Below the pieces are notes generated by a model that worked only from the letters and a program-made list of their open reading frames with translations, searched no databases and was not told the origin of the DNA. From assembly GCF_004010195.1 (NCBI RefSeq), contig NC_057728.1, positions 53,927,237 through 53,989,161 of the forward strand: a DNA stretch of 61,925 nt. Direction: 5' to 3'. This document shows positions 33,966 to 46,595 of the stretch, piece after piece (within the stretch, counting starts at the first letter, position 1; every line of letters starts with the position of its first letter). The DNA is from Chiloscyllium plagiosum. Its lineage: Eukaryota. A program made the translations under genes and the position numbers.

Positions 33966-35980
33966 TATGATCCCAGCTGTAGTTATTACTGGACAAGTCA
34001 GATCTCAGACTGAAACCTGGCTTGGTAGATCATAATTTGTTTTGTTTTGCTTTTAAAAAGGTGGTCTCTCACAGGCAGAAGCACACAATATTGCAGATTT
34101 TGTTTTAGCAAAAAAACAGAAAGGTATCATGCAAAAGAAATTATGATAAAATAGAACAAACCAATCTGTTATAATATGGATTCAAAGAGTTTTAAACATA
34201 CAGGAAATGTACAATCCTATTAATCACAAAAAAACCCTTTACAAGTTTCAAAAAACTCCATCATTTTTACAGTAAGCAAACAGCAAGCCTTGTACAGTAT
34301 TCACACCAGAATCCCTTTCTCTCAAACCTTAATAGGTTTGATGTAATTGTGACTTTAACTCTTAGACTGGTATCTCATATAACCTAATCCCAAAGGTATC
34401 ATACACCTGAGCTGAAACAAACTCAGCTTCTTGTCCTCTTCAGGGATTTATCCCAACATTTCTGGTCTAGGACTAGCACCAACTTCTTTATCTAAGGTAA
34501 TCTAATCTACTATATTCTCTCTTTCTCAAGATCATTGGTCTATATAGAGTCATAGTCGTAGTGTCAAACAGCATGGAAACTCACCCTTCCATCCAACCAG
34601 TCCATGCCGAACATAACCCCAAACTAAACTAGTCCTACCTGCCTGTTCCTGGCCCATATCTTTCCAAACTTTTCCTATTCGTGTACTTATCCAAATGTAA
34701 TTTAAATGTTGTAACTGTACCCACATCAACCACTTCTTCAGGAAGTTCATTTCATATGTGAACCACCCTCTATGTAAAAAGTTTGCTTCTCTTCTCTTTC
34801 ATAAATCTCTCTCCTCTCACCTTAAAAATATGCCACTAGCCTTGAAATCCCCCATCCTAAGAAAAAGATAACTCCCATTAACTCTATCTATATCCCTCAC
34901 TATTTTATAAACTTCTACCAGATCATCTCTCAACCTCCTTCGCTCCAGTGAAAACATTCCCAGCCTATCCAGCCTTTCTTTATGACTCAAACCTACCAAA
35001 CATTCTGGTAAATCTCTTTTGAACCCTCTCCAGTTTAATAATATCCTTCCTATAACTGGGTGACCAGAACTGGATACAGTATTCTGGAAGAGATCTCATC
35101 AATGTCTTATACAACCTCAACATGACTTCCTAACTCCCGTACTCAAAGGACTGAGCAATGCAGACAAGCATGTAAAACAATTTTTTAATCAACCTGTCTA
35201 TATTTGACGCAAACTTCAAAGAATTGTGTACCTGCATCACTAGCTTGCTCTGTTCTACAGCACTACCCAAGGCCGTACCATTAATTGCAAAAGTTTGTTG
35301 TACCAAACTGCAATACCTCACATTTATCCAGATTGAACTCCATCTGCCATTTTTCAGCCTATTGACTTATTTGATCAAAATCCCTTTATAATCTTAGAAA
35401 ACCTTCTTCACTGACTACTATGGCACCAAGTTTGGTGTCGTCTGCAATATTACTAACCCATGCCTCTACATTCTATATAAGTGATGAACAATGAGGATCC
35501 AGAACTGATCCCTGTGGAACACTGCTGCTGACTGGCCTCCAGTCCAAAAAAGGAACCCTCCATTACCCTCGGTCTCCTACTGTTAAGCCAATTATGTATT
35601 CAATTGGCAAGCTCACCCTGAATCCCGTGTGACCTGACTTTACTAATTAGTCTGGCGCATTTCCATCCAAAGATTTCACAGATTTGCCCCAAAAAAAGTA
35701 ACATTAAAATATGTTTCTCTCTCAAAGTTCAAGTCTAGAAATTTCTAACAAAATTTGAACCTCAATGGTTCATGCTAGGAAGTCACAAAATCGTAAAAGT
35801 ACACACAGATAAATTAGGTTTCCAAAGTTGTCCTCACAATCTGTTTACAAAAAAAAATTTACAAAAAGATTATTACACTTGGGCATACGGAAAACATGTG
35901 AATCACTAACCAATAACTCAAACATAAATTTAAAATAAATAATATTAAAAATACTTATAGATCAAACAGTTTATATCACA
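33966..35980. mobile_element. Possible solo LTR interrupted by CR1
   Basis: Termini tatgat...atcaca (near-inverted TGTGAT/ATCACA); AT-rich body; TSD not convincing. Confidence 0.35.
34540..35655 (-). mobile_element. CR1 LINE 3' portion
   Basis: Same subfamily as 2858-3820; RRLRDDLVEVYKIVRDIDRV; IADDTKLG on minus near 35430. Confidence 0.9.
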
Positions 35981-36129
35981 TTGTTAATTGAAATGAGACA
36001 TTATCATGACAGGAATTTCTAGATGGATTTGGCAGGTTGGATGGTGCTAATTTCTCTGTACATTTCTCAGATGCAGGATTCCAATGCAACATTTCAAAGA
36101 AGGAGGGGAGAAGTATCTCTAGTGTCTTC

Positions 36130-36790
36130 ACCAATTTTATTCCTCAATCACCCCATTGTCTTGATATTCAGTCACATTACCATGACTTAATGCCCCAATA
36201 TCAACGTCTTTGGAGTTACCATTGACCAGAAAGTGATCTGGATCATCCATATATGGTTACAAGAGCAGAAGCAGGCAATTCAGTGTTGAAGAACTCACCT
36301 CTTAGCTTCCCAAAATCTAACCACCAACTACAAGACAGGAATGTGATGGAATATTATCTACTTGCATGGATAAATGCAGCTCCAACAGCACTCAAGAACC
36401 TTGATTTCATCCAGGACAAAGTGGTCCACTTGATCAATACAGTGGTATCAGTCTGTACTATCTATAAGATACATTCAGTTACTCACCAAGACTCATGCAG
36501 CAGCATCTTCTAAACCCATCATCATTCCCAAGTAGAACTACCAGGGCAGCAAATGCAAGGGAATACCGTTATCCTTCTAAGTTCGCTACTAATCCTTACT
36601 TGCCATCCTGACTCAGAACTACATCAGCATTCTTTCACTTTTTCTTGGTCAAAATCCTGGAAGTCCCTCCCTAATAGCATGACTCCACGTGGACTGTAGC
36701 AGGTTGAGAAGGTAGCCGAGGACAACTTTTGCAGGTGCAGCTAGAGACAATAAAAAGATAATAGTTGGCAATAAAAGCCAATGACCTCAT
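36130..36790 (+). mobile_element. L2/CR1-group LINE 3' portion
   Basis: RNVMEYYLLAWINAAPTALKNLDFIQDKVVHLI; related fragments at 57900-58420, 58990-59190 and 60630-61160(-). Confidence 0.7.
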
Positions 36791-37167
36791 GCCCTACTAA
36801 CAATCTTTTAAAAATATTAACTTTCAATTAATAATTCTAGAAGTAAAAGTTTACCTCAGCAATGGTGAACATGACTGATTGTTGCGTAAACTGATTTGGA
36901 TCCTAAATGTCCCTTAGGGAAGGAAATCTGCCATCCTTTCCTGGTCTGGTCTACATGTGAGTTCAGACCCACAGCAATATGGTTGACTCTCAACTACCCT
37001 CTGAAGATGCCTAAAGTAAGAATGAAACTCTAACATTTGTCAGGGGGAGTAGGTATTCTTCCCCACTGCCCACCTACCTCTTTCCACCGAACCTTGAGAC
37101 CCTCAAAATAGCACCCAACTTTCAGCAAGGGTATCCTTTTTGGCAAGAAATGTTGGACAGCACTTTT

Positions 37168-37495
37168 GGGTGGCACAGTGGCTCAGTGGTTAGCGCAGCT
37201 GCCTCACAGTGCTAGGGACCGGTTCGATTCCAGCCTTGGATGACTGTCTGTGTGGAGTTTGCACATTGTCCCGTGTCTGCATTCTCCCGGGTGCTCCAGT
37301 TTCCTCCCACACTTCAAAGATGTGCAAGTTAGGTGAATTGGCCATGTTAAATTGCCCATAGTATTCAGGGATGTGTAGGTTAGGTGCATTACTCAGGGGT
37401 AAATGTAGAGGAATGGATCTGTGTGGGTTACTCTTCGTAGGGTCAGTGTGGACTTGTTTGGCCGAAGGGCCTGTTTTCACACTGTAGGGATTCTA
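37168..37495 (+). mobile_element. HE1 SINE, full length
   Basis: gggtggcacagtggctcagtggttagc...cacactgtagggattcta. Confidence 0.92.
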
Positions 37496-37519
37496 TTATT
37501 ATGTAAATAGAGAGAGAGA

Positions 37520-38262
37520 CTGTGTTGTAAAGGGATCTTGTACCCGAATCCCTAAATGTTTGCACGCAGGTACAGCAAATAATTAGGAAGATAATTAACA
37601 AGTTGGTCTTAATTGCAAAGGGGAGTATCAAAATAGGGAACTGTACAGGATATTGATGAGACCATATGTGGAATAGTTGGGGTCTGATTAGACTGGAAGC
37701 AGTTCAGAGGAGATTCACAAAGCTGATTTCTGAGATGAGGAGTATATCATTGGACAAAAGATGTGGCTGGAGTCTTTTGAGAGGTGATCTTATTAAAACA
37801 GACCAGCTCTGAGAGGACTTGACATGGTGCTCAGAGGATATTTTCACCCCTGGGAGTCTAGAACAAGGAGGCACAGCCTGAGGATAAAAATAGCATAATT
37901 TAAGATCATTTATTGTCTTTTGAAATAATTTCTGAAAAAGAATTTATTTCAATCCACAGAGAGCAGTCGAAGCTGAGTCATTGAATATATTGAAGGCTGA
38001 ATCCAGCAGATCCCAGTTCTGAAGAACTGGATTTGAAAAGTTAACTTTGTTTCTCTCTCCATAGATGCTGCCTGACCTGCTGATTTCTCCAGCATTCTCT
38101 GAGTTTGTTTCTGACAGATCTTTGATCTATAAGTGTGTCAAGGATCATGGGGAGCAGGCAGAAAAGTGGAGTTAAGACCACAATTAGATCTGCCATGGTT
38201 TTATTGAAAGGTGGAGCAGACCCAATGGGCTGAATAGCCTACACCTGCTCTTATTTTGTATG
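37520..38262 (+). mobile_element. Degraded CR1 3' end with a PLE family C repeat inserted at ~38015-38110
   Basis: gcacgcaggtacagcaaataattaggaag...gagaggtgatcttatt...; insert gttctgaagaa...gttaactttgtttctctctccatagatgctgcctgacc. Confidence 0.7.
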
Positions 38263-39599
38263 ATCCTTACCACCCAGCATCTCAAAGGCTCCCAAGCCCT
38301 CAGCATGCTGCAATCAGCTTGCACTCACCGCACTGTCATCAGGGTGAAGCTGGAATATATGGTCAAACAAGGAGGACACAAATCCCAGAGCGATGTTTAC
38401 ACACTACTGTCACTGTCACAACAAAAGGTGTGTCCTGTTGGACTTGCAGCTCAAAGTTTCAATGCTCCCATAGACTTTACGTGTGACATTATGCACAAAT
38501 GCATTACTGTGCATGCATGGAGAAGCATGGACTCTTTTGAGTTGGGCTTCAGTGGTGGGGAGAGGGGATGTGGGACCAGGCAGATGAGAAGACAAGAGGG
38601 CCCAGAAGCCAGAGGAAGGGTGGCTGACAAGGAAATCCCAGGACCTGGGAGGGAGCAGCGCATGGGTGGCCCAAGAGTCAAGAGGCCCTCTCTCTCTCTG
38701 TCTCCTTTCCACACTCACCCCGATTTTCCACTATCCTTTCCATCCCATCCATTCTCTCCCCTGCTCCTGATGCCAATCCCTTCACCTCACTTCCCAGTCC
38801 CGATCTCCTCAGGATAGTGGGTGGATTGGGGGGAAGCATGTAGGCAGTGGTGTTTCCATGTGTCTGCTGCCCCTTGTCCTTCTCAGCAGTTACGTTTGGA
38901 ATGTGATGCCTCTGGGATAATGAAAATCTATCAATCCCAGGATTTACACAAGTGTCAATTGCCTTGCACTCTTGAAATCATGAAAACCATGTTAACACTA
39001 TTCGAAGATTGGAAGATGACACATTGTCAACTTAATCTCAGTTGCCAATTTTTAAGTATTTATGAAGTATTTGTTCAAGGGGGTACATGCCCCCATTGAA
39101 CCTCATGACAGTGGAAAAGAATGAATTGAGGTGGGTGGGGATATTTATGACATTGGAGAGGCAGAACATTGACATAAAGAATGGCAGTGTATATAGTGTG
39201 GGGAGTTGGTAGAGACTGCATTTGTTCATTGACCGAATTTATTATTAGTGAAAACACAGAATACATCTCAAATGTAGGTCAATGAAGAGACACATATTAA
39301 TGATCACAACTGCCTCAGCACCAAAGAAATAGAGAGATATGTGGGCCCCTACAGTGTCAGCAGGATGTCTATACAAGTCTGCAGCCTGTTACTATATCAT
39401 AAAAGCTCAAAGAAAATAGCAGGTGGTGGGGAGGGAACAAACACACCAAAAAAACAAGATCCATTGGACTCCTACTTAATTTTTAAAAATTTCACTGTGT
39501 AAGCAATCGTTTTCAAGCTGTTCTGATGCTATGTCAAACATGACAACTACTGAAGTGCCTTAATAGCAGGTGAAAAGTCGCAACAGGCTGGTTATTAGA

Positions 39600-39830
39600 G
39601 CAATAAAAACAGAAAGTGCCTGAGAAACTCAGCAGGTCTGTGAAGACAGAGAGAGAAAAACAGTGTGAATGGTTCAAGTTGGAAGACTGTTCTTCAAAAC
39701 TCGAGAGACAACAACTGTAATACCGAAACATTAACTGTTTCTGTCTCCACAGATGCTGCCAGACCTGCTGAATTTCTCTAGCACTTTCTGCTTTTATTTC
39801 AGATTTCCAACATCCGCACTATTTTCTTTT
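39600..39830. mobile_element. PLE family C fold-back pair (degraded)
   Basis: aataaaaacagaaagtgcctgagaaactcagcaggtctg is inverted against cagacctgctgaatttctctagcactttctgcttttattt. Confidence 0.7.
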
Positions 39831-40025
39831 TATTTAGGTTATAATAGCAGACTGTTTGCATTAAGCAGTTAGTGAAATGATTCAGGGAGATGATATGCAG
39901 ACCATGAAATCATTGAAAATCTGTAACAACTGTGTTGAGTTGCACTGTCTACAAACTTTGTTCATAAGGCAAACTGTTGTATAAGTTCATGGATCTGAAA
40001 GAGTTAATGCCTGGGCTTTGCTGAG

Positions 40026-40118
40026 TTCCTGATGAAGGGCTCATGTCTGAAACATTGATTCTCCTGCTCCTCAAATACTGCCAGACCTGCTATGCTTTTC
40101 CAGCACCGCACTCTCGAC
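40026..40118 (+). mobile_element. PLE family B repeat with degenerate hammerhead
   Basis: cctgatgaagggctcatgtctgaaacattgatt; GAAACGUC mutated to GAAACAUU. Confidence 0.7.
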
Positions 40119-42945
40119 CATGCTGAGCTCCGCCCAGTCTGATGACATTAGACAACCTCTGGGTAGAGAATCAGTTGGAATTTGCCACGATCATGTGATG
40201 AAGACATACATTTCATCATTAACTCTTGTTAGTAATAAGTAATAACGTTAAGATTTAAAGTAACCTATAGTTAATAATATGTAACAAAGTGCATTGCTTT
40301 ATCTCAGATAACAGTATCTTTTACTAAGAGCTATTTGTGGTTCATTCACCCCCACAGACTACTGAACAGCCTTCCAGACTAGCCACCAAGATTAGACTAA
40401 ACACCCATGTCCCAGCAACCAAGTAAGGAATATTGTACATGCTGTTACTCTCGCATTACTCCCCATGCGAATGTATTGTTAACAGAGCCAAGTGCATCAG
40501 GCTTAGAGTCTCATGGATATGAGCATAAACCTGCACTCTATAGCTCTAGACATTGGTGTGATATTGATAACAACTTGGCAAAGTGAGGGGCACCAAAGGA
40601 CCTTGGCCTCACCCTAGGTGCCCCTTCCTGAAAAGGAGGCAGGGCAGTGCTGTAGCAGATGCCAGCTGGAGGAGGAACCACATACAGGCTTCCCCCTCAA
40701 AAGTCTTCTCTCAGAACACTCCAGAAATGGCGGGGTCTTCCATCTCTACCTTGCCTGTCCCACCCTCAGCCTTCTGGGACTTGAAGCTGAGGAGGGTGTA
40801 CCTGCCTCTGAGCAGGGCACAATCAGCATGTGCGGGCAGTGCAGACGCAAGCATCCCCAGGGTGCCAAACCAAATCTCCAAGGCCAACAGGCTCCTCCCA
40901 GCCCCAGCTGCTGAGCGCGGGACTGCACTGAGACATCATGTGAGGGAGAGAGGGAGAGAAGACCCTCCTAACGGTACATGGGGAGACTCTGTAAAAACGT
41001 CATTACATCTGTAGACCTTGGTTCAATTTTCATCATCAGTTGTGTGAGCGAATGTCTTTCTAGCTGCAACTACACGATGTAGGGCCTGGCCTTCCCCAGC
41101 ACCATACGATGTCCGATGGTCCAAGGTGTGAACTGATAATGCTCCTGTATTGTGTGCGGACTGTGGGAACTAGGAATGTGATTGCGACTTTGACGATGAG
41201 GGTGAATCTTTCCAGGCTCCGGTGTGCCTCACAGCCATTGGTGGGATTGATTCCTGATGTTGCAGGACGTGGTCAAGAGAGTTTGGGGCCAGGATTGGAC
41301 TGTACACAGTGGGCCACTGCCCAAGGTTCACACATAGCACACAGTGCTCAGGGGTATCTTGCTGCTATATTGTGTGCATGGCTGTGCAATGCTGGTGTCC
41401 TTTGAAGGGCCTGTCATTGCTTGCATTTGATGTCCCCTCCCTGATAGAATGAAACACAGAGCATTTCCACTCTGGCTCTCGTTGCAGACATCTTCAGCCA
41501 CACAACACTTGCTCCTCACAATGAGTCTCCTCACAACCCACTCTCTCCCATCCTTGGGGAAACCCCACATACATTTATTTCCCTTTTTTGTGGCCCTCCC
41601 CATTGGCTTTGAACTTCCCACCCAACCCTCTACCTAAATCTTCATCCCCCATTATATCCTCAGCCCAACCCCAGGCTTATTGAGTCAACATATTGGATTT
41701 GGTAGCCCACTGTCCCCTCATTGAAGTCACTGACTGTCACTGATCCCCCCTGCCCTCAAATTACCCCTTTTACTTCAAAGCTCCATCATATCATCGACCC
41801 CATATACCCCCTTTCACAGTTTCTGCATTTCAGTATCTAATCCCCACGATTAGGTTCTGTAGCCTCTGACCCACAGCAGTGACCCCGATCCCCCTAAAGG
41901 ACTGCCAGCAGCCCACCCCCTTGAGCAACTCAGACCAAGAACCCAGAATGACCAGACCCGTGACTGACCTCTGTGCAGCTCTGAGACTGACATCTCCCAA
42001 TGCCCTGAACCCATGAGTCTGACCATGGCCCACTCCGTGTCACGTTTGGCACCTTTTGTTAACGAACACCCCCCAGCAGCCAGCTGACTGTGTTTAAGCT
42101 CCTGAATTTATATCAGAGGCTGCCTTGACTCGCTGTGCCTTGACTGGTGGGTATCTCCCTGGTCTTCACAGAGGACCACTCTCCTTAGTCTTTGAGACTG
42201 TTTGCTTGAAGCACATGTCGTGTGTTTGCAGTGTACATGGCTGGCACATGGTACAGGTGTAACATTGATGTAACGTGACGCTGCACTGCAACCCATCCAT
42301 TCTCTTGAATGACACTCAACAGAAAGACAAGACAGATGTACTGTGAGCCTCTAAGCTCTGGGTGAGTGCGAAAAGGCAAGGCTGCGTGCATCACAAGTAG
42401 ATATGAAGTAATTCAACACTAACGGAGTGAGCAAACAGCCCTGAGGTATACCCTAGTCCACCTCATGATCTGGGAGCCTGTCCCCGCACATTAAATGTTC
42501 TGAAAACAGCACTGCAATAAAAAAAGCTGGTGCACTCCAAAGTGCAATATCGAAGTGCAGAACCATACCATAAATGGATTGGATATGTGCCAATGATGGT
42601 ATAGCCAGTCTGGCATGTGTTCGATGCCAATGCTCACAGACAAGGGGTAAATGAGCCCGTGAAGCATGCCCTCAGATGATGATGGTGCTTCCAAGACGGA
42701 GAGCTGGAAGTGCAGGCAACAAATTGGAGTTGCCAGTTACCGGCTCTGACTTTCATGTTGGGAATTGTCACCATCTAGTTTCTATCTGGCAGTTGAGAGA
42801 ATGTGAAACCACATTATAATGATGTGTAGTTAACTAATAGTGAGATGTTAATGTATGCTAATAAATGTAAATAGGCCAAACACGAGTGAGAATCTCGTCT
42901 CTCTGTTCAATGCCTGGTTAAAAAGTGGGACTTCCTGCTCTCTGT

Positions 42946-43385
42946 GGTAAAAACAAAGACTGCAGATGCTGGAAACCAGATTCTGGATTAGTGGTGCTGG
43001 AAGAGCACAGCAGTTCAGGCAGCATCCAAGGAGCAGTGAAATAGACGTTTCGGGCAAAAGCCCTTCATCAGGAATAAAGGCAATAAGCCTGAAGCGTGGA
43101 GAGATAAGCTAGAGGAGGGTGGGGGTGGGGAGAAAGTAGCATACGTGGGAGTTGCAGTGGGAGAGGGACTCCCTGAGATTCTTGTAGAGAGAGGAGGAAA
43201 ACTTCTTCAAGGCAGGCATCCTTGCAAGAAGATTCGCAATAGGATTAAAATCAACGAGGTAAAAACAATGACTGCAGATGCTGGAAACCAGATTCTGGAT
43301 TAGTGGTGCTGGAAGAGCACAGCAGTTCAGGCAGCATCCAAGGAGCAGCGAAATCGACGTTTCGGGCAAAAGCCCTTCATCAGGA
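42946..43385 (-). mobile_element. Internally deleted mini-PLE (family B) with two direct terminal repeats
   Basis: 128-bp direct repeats 42946-43073 and 43258-43385 (3 mismatches), 312-bp period; interior joins a probable PLE 5' region (43144-43257) to the 3' UTR seen at 33098-33165. Confidence 0.85.
43040..43075 (-). ncRNA. Minimal type I hammerhead ribozyme (3' copy)
   Basis: CUGAUGA-A-GGGC-UUUU-GCCC-GAAA-CG-UC; first stem I pair mismatched. Confidence 0.65.
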
Positions 43386-43387
43386 GT
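43352..43387 (-). ncRNA. Minimal type I hammerhead ribozyme (5' copy)
   Basis: UC-CUGAUGA-A-GGGC-UUUU-GCCC-GAAA-CG-UC-GA; core intact. Confidence 0.75.
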
Positions 43388-43949
43388 AAAATCTGTGTCA
43401 AGAAGGTCATCATTGACTATTTCTCACTTGCCCCACTTTCTCACCATGGCCCACGTTATTCAGAGTCTGGGAAGATTCCATCCTTCGCTTCAACAAGAAA
43501 TCAATCAGTGGTACAGTCCTGGGAATGTTGGTGGAATGATAGAGGGAGGAGGGAATATTCGATTAAATAATTGCAGTCAAGTTCAGAAACACGTGGAAAC
43601 AACGCTCCACATCCTACCTGATAGTATTAAAGATTGTAATTTAAACAAAACACTGTGCAACGTGAGAGCTGTAAATGCCGACACTGTCCAGTCTTTTCCG
43701 AGAGCTGAATGTTTTGCCATGATTAAATTTAAGCCACTGAGGGGGGAGCACACTGGAGTGAGTCTCAACGAGATTAGACTGGCCAAATGTGGATCAGTTA
43801 ACCAGCTGCATGAACCAAAATCAGAATCCCCATATTGTCAGGTGGAACTACAACAGCTAATGCAATCAAAGTTCCACTTGCTTTGAGTATTTCACTGAAT
43901 CATACACAAATACAGCTGTGACTGAAAATCTCACCTGCCATTTCAGCAT

Positions 43950-44558
43950 TCTGACAAAATACTTAAAGGTATAGATGTAGGTAAGATGTTTCCCCTGATT
44001 GGGGAGTTTAGAATCAGTTTAAAAATAAAGGGGATGTTATTTGGGTGCAAGATGAGGAGAAATTTCTTTAGTTAGAGGTTTTGGGATTCTCTGCCCCAGT
44101 GTGGGAACTCAGTGCTTGAGTATGTTTAAGCTAGAGGGTGGTAGATTTTTGATTACCAGCGGTGTAGAGTATTATGGGGGTAGTGTGAGTAAAAAGGCAT
44201 CAAACCATTTGAATCAGCCATGAATCATAATGAATGTCAGAGCAAGCTTGATGAGCTGAATGGCCACCTCTTGTTTCTGAGTCTATATGTTCCTGATATT
44301 TCTTCATTTGGAGAGAAATGAGTCTTTGGAATTCTCTACCACACAGAGAAGTGGAAGGTCAATCATTGAATATGTTCAAAACTGAGATTGTTAGATTCCT
44401 AGATATCTAAATAGTCTAGATACCTAGATATTCTAGATAATAGATATGAGAAAATAGAGAAAATGACAATGAGCTGGTTGATCATCCATCATCGAGAATG
44501 ACATAGCAAGCTTGAGGGCTGAATGGCCTACTCTTGCTCCTGAGTTTTTATGATTCTA
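43950..44558 (+). mobile_element. Two tandem CR1 3' ends
   Basis: gatgaggagaaatttctt...gagctgaatggcc, then ttggaattctctacc...ggctgaatggcctactcttgctcct. Confidence 0.75.
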
Positions 44559-44594
44559 GACACCTTGGTAACAGTTGGAGGAATTTCATTGACA

Positions 44595-44681
44595 ATGACA
44601 ATTTTATTGACAGTTTTAATTCTGCTAGCCTTAGTAACAGGAGCTATTGGATGTCTCAAGGTTGCTCCACCATTCAATGAG
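44595..44681 (+). CDS. Candidate orphan exon encoding a signal-peptide or TM-like segment
   Basis: MTILLTVLILLALVTGAIGCLKVAPPFNE followed by strong donor GAG|GTAAGG; A at -3; no recognised homologue. Confidence 0.22.
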
Positions 44682-45369
44682 GTAAGGATTGAGAATTACT
44701 AGTCTGGAAGCTTCAAAACCCCTTTGTCACTGCTAATCTGGAGAAGAAATGTGTTATCAATTCACTTAGGATGTTTATTATCTCTTTAAAAATGTATTTT
44801 TTTTGTTACTGCAAGGAGTGTGTTATGGAAACTAAATCTTGAGTCATTTTCAATCTGCACGCCTGGTCCTTGTGCTTCCTGTCATTTGCCATTTCAATTC
44901 TTCACCTTGTATCCCCACTGACCTCTCTGTCCTTGGCTGGCTTCAGTTTTACGGTGAAATTCAACACATGCTTAAACAGCAGCACATCATTGTTTGACTT
45001 GGTGCTCTATACTTTGGTGCTCTATACTTGGTGCTGGACCCAACATTGAGTCTTAATTCATAATCTCTTTCCTCATTTAATGGGATTGTTTTTTCCTTTT
45101 GGTGGTTTGGTATGTTATCCGTCATCTTTATCTTTACTTGCATTTGGAAAGCTGATTTCCTGCCATTCACCTTTTCTCTAGTCACATGTTTTGGTTTGTT
45201 ACTTGTCCCATTACCACTTCCTTTGAGCTTGCAGCATGAAATCCTTTGTCATTTCATCTCTCTTGTTTGCACTATCACATTCCTTCCCTTTTGTTCTCCA
45301 TCCCACTGTCTTCCCTTTTAGTTCTCCTCAACCCCTCAACGACAACCCCCACTTCCATTCATATGCAGG

Positions 45370-45740
45370 TGTTTATGGTGCAGTGGTAATATAATTGGAA
45401 TAGTATAATCTAGCAGTTGAGGCTAGTCCTTTGAGGTCATGGGTTCAAATCCCTACCATGGCACTGGGTGGACTTTAAGTTCAGTTGTTAAATCTGGAAT
45501 GTAAAGCTACTGATTAGTGATAGTGACCTGGCCAGCTATCACCCTTGTTCTAGAATGTCCTCTGGCTTACTAATGTTCTCTTGGGAAGGAAATCTGCCAT
45601 CTTTCCCCAGGCTGGCCTAGATGTGACTCCAGACCTACAGCATTGTAATTGATTCATGTCTACCCTCTTGAGTTCAGAGACCATTAACAAAGGACAACAA
45701 ATGTTAATCTTGCCAGTAATGCCCATATCCCATCAAAGAA
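45370..45740 (+). mobile_element. tRNA SINE, second family
   Basis: tggtgcagtggtaat...catgggttcaaatcc...gggaaggaaatctgccat...gtgactccagacc. Confidence 0.75.
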
Positions 45741-46119
45741 AATTCCTACATTGCTAACACTTCTCAGTCCCAAAGAAAGCTCACTGATCTGAAATGTTAA
45801 CTCTGTTTCTCTGTCCGCATATGCATCAGATGTGCATTTCCAGAATTTTCTCTTTTGATTAACCTTGGTAGCATTGCCAATGGTGATGGAAGCCAATTCC
45901 ACAACTACTTTGAAAACGGAATTGGATATTTATGTGAAAAGAAAAGAATTGCAGAACTGTGGAAATAAGTGGATCAGTCAGACTTATTGAGAGCTCCTTC
46001 AAGTATATGTGTGAGGGGCAGAATATCCTCCTTCTGTGGTGTTGGTGACCCTAGCACAGTGAACTTTATCATGAGAGTAGAGAGGAAAATATCCCTTTGA
46101 TTTATTGACAGTGGGTCCA

Positions 46120-46595
46120 TCGCTGAGCCATAGTTCCATGAAGGTGGAGTTGCAGGTAGATAGAATGGTGAAGAGGGCATTTGGTATGCTTGCCTTTATT
46201 GGCCAGTGCATTGAATATAGGAGTTGGGAGGTCATGTTGGGCTGCACAGGACATTGGTTAGGCCACTTTTGGAATACTGCGTTCAATTTTGGTCCCCTGA
46301 TATAGGAAAGATGTTGAGGATACAGAAAAGATTTACAAAGATGTTGCCAGGGTTGGAGGGTTTGAGGTATAGGGAGAGGCTGAAAAGTCTGTGGCTTTTT
46401 TCCCTGGAGTGTTGGAGTCTGAGGGGTGACCTTATCAAGGATTATAAAATCATGAGGGGCATGGATAGCTTAAAGAGCCAAAGTCTTGCCCCCAGCGTAT
46501 GGGAGTTCAAAACTAGAGGGCACAGGTTTAAGGTGAGAGGGGAAAGATTTAAAAGGGACCTAAGAGGTAATTTTTCCACACAATGTGTGGAATGA
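46120..46595 (+). mobile_element. CR1 LINE 3' ORF2 fragment followed by HE1 head fragment (46613-46680, minus)
   Basis: RTLVRPLLEYCVQFWSP...LRGDLIKDYKIMRG...TRGHRFKVRGERFKRDLRGNF. Confidence 0.9.

Noticed and set aside
38260..38817. 185-aa ORF
   Set aside because: Runs through low-complexity G-rich and C-rich tracts; no domain similarity recognised.
43732..43751. CTCF-like motif gccactgaggggggagca
   Set aside because: Spacing deviates from the CCASYAGRKGGC core; single weak match.
44395..45036. Short tandem duplications (tagata-like at ~44400-44447; ggtgctctatactt at ~45001-45035)
   Set aside because: Ordinary slippage products with no further structure.
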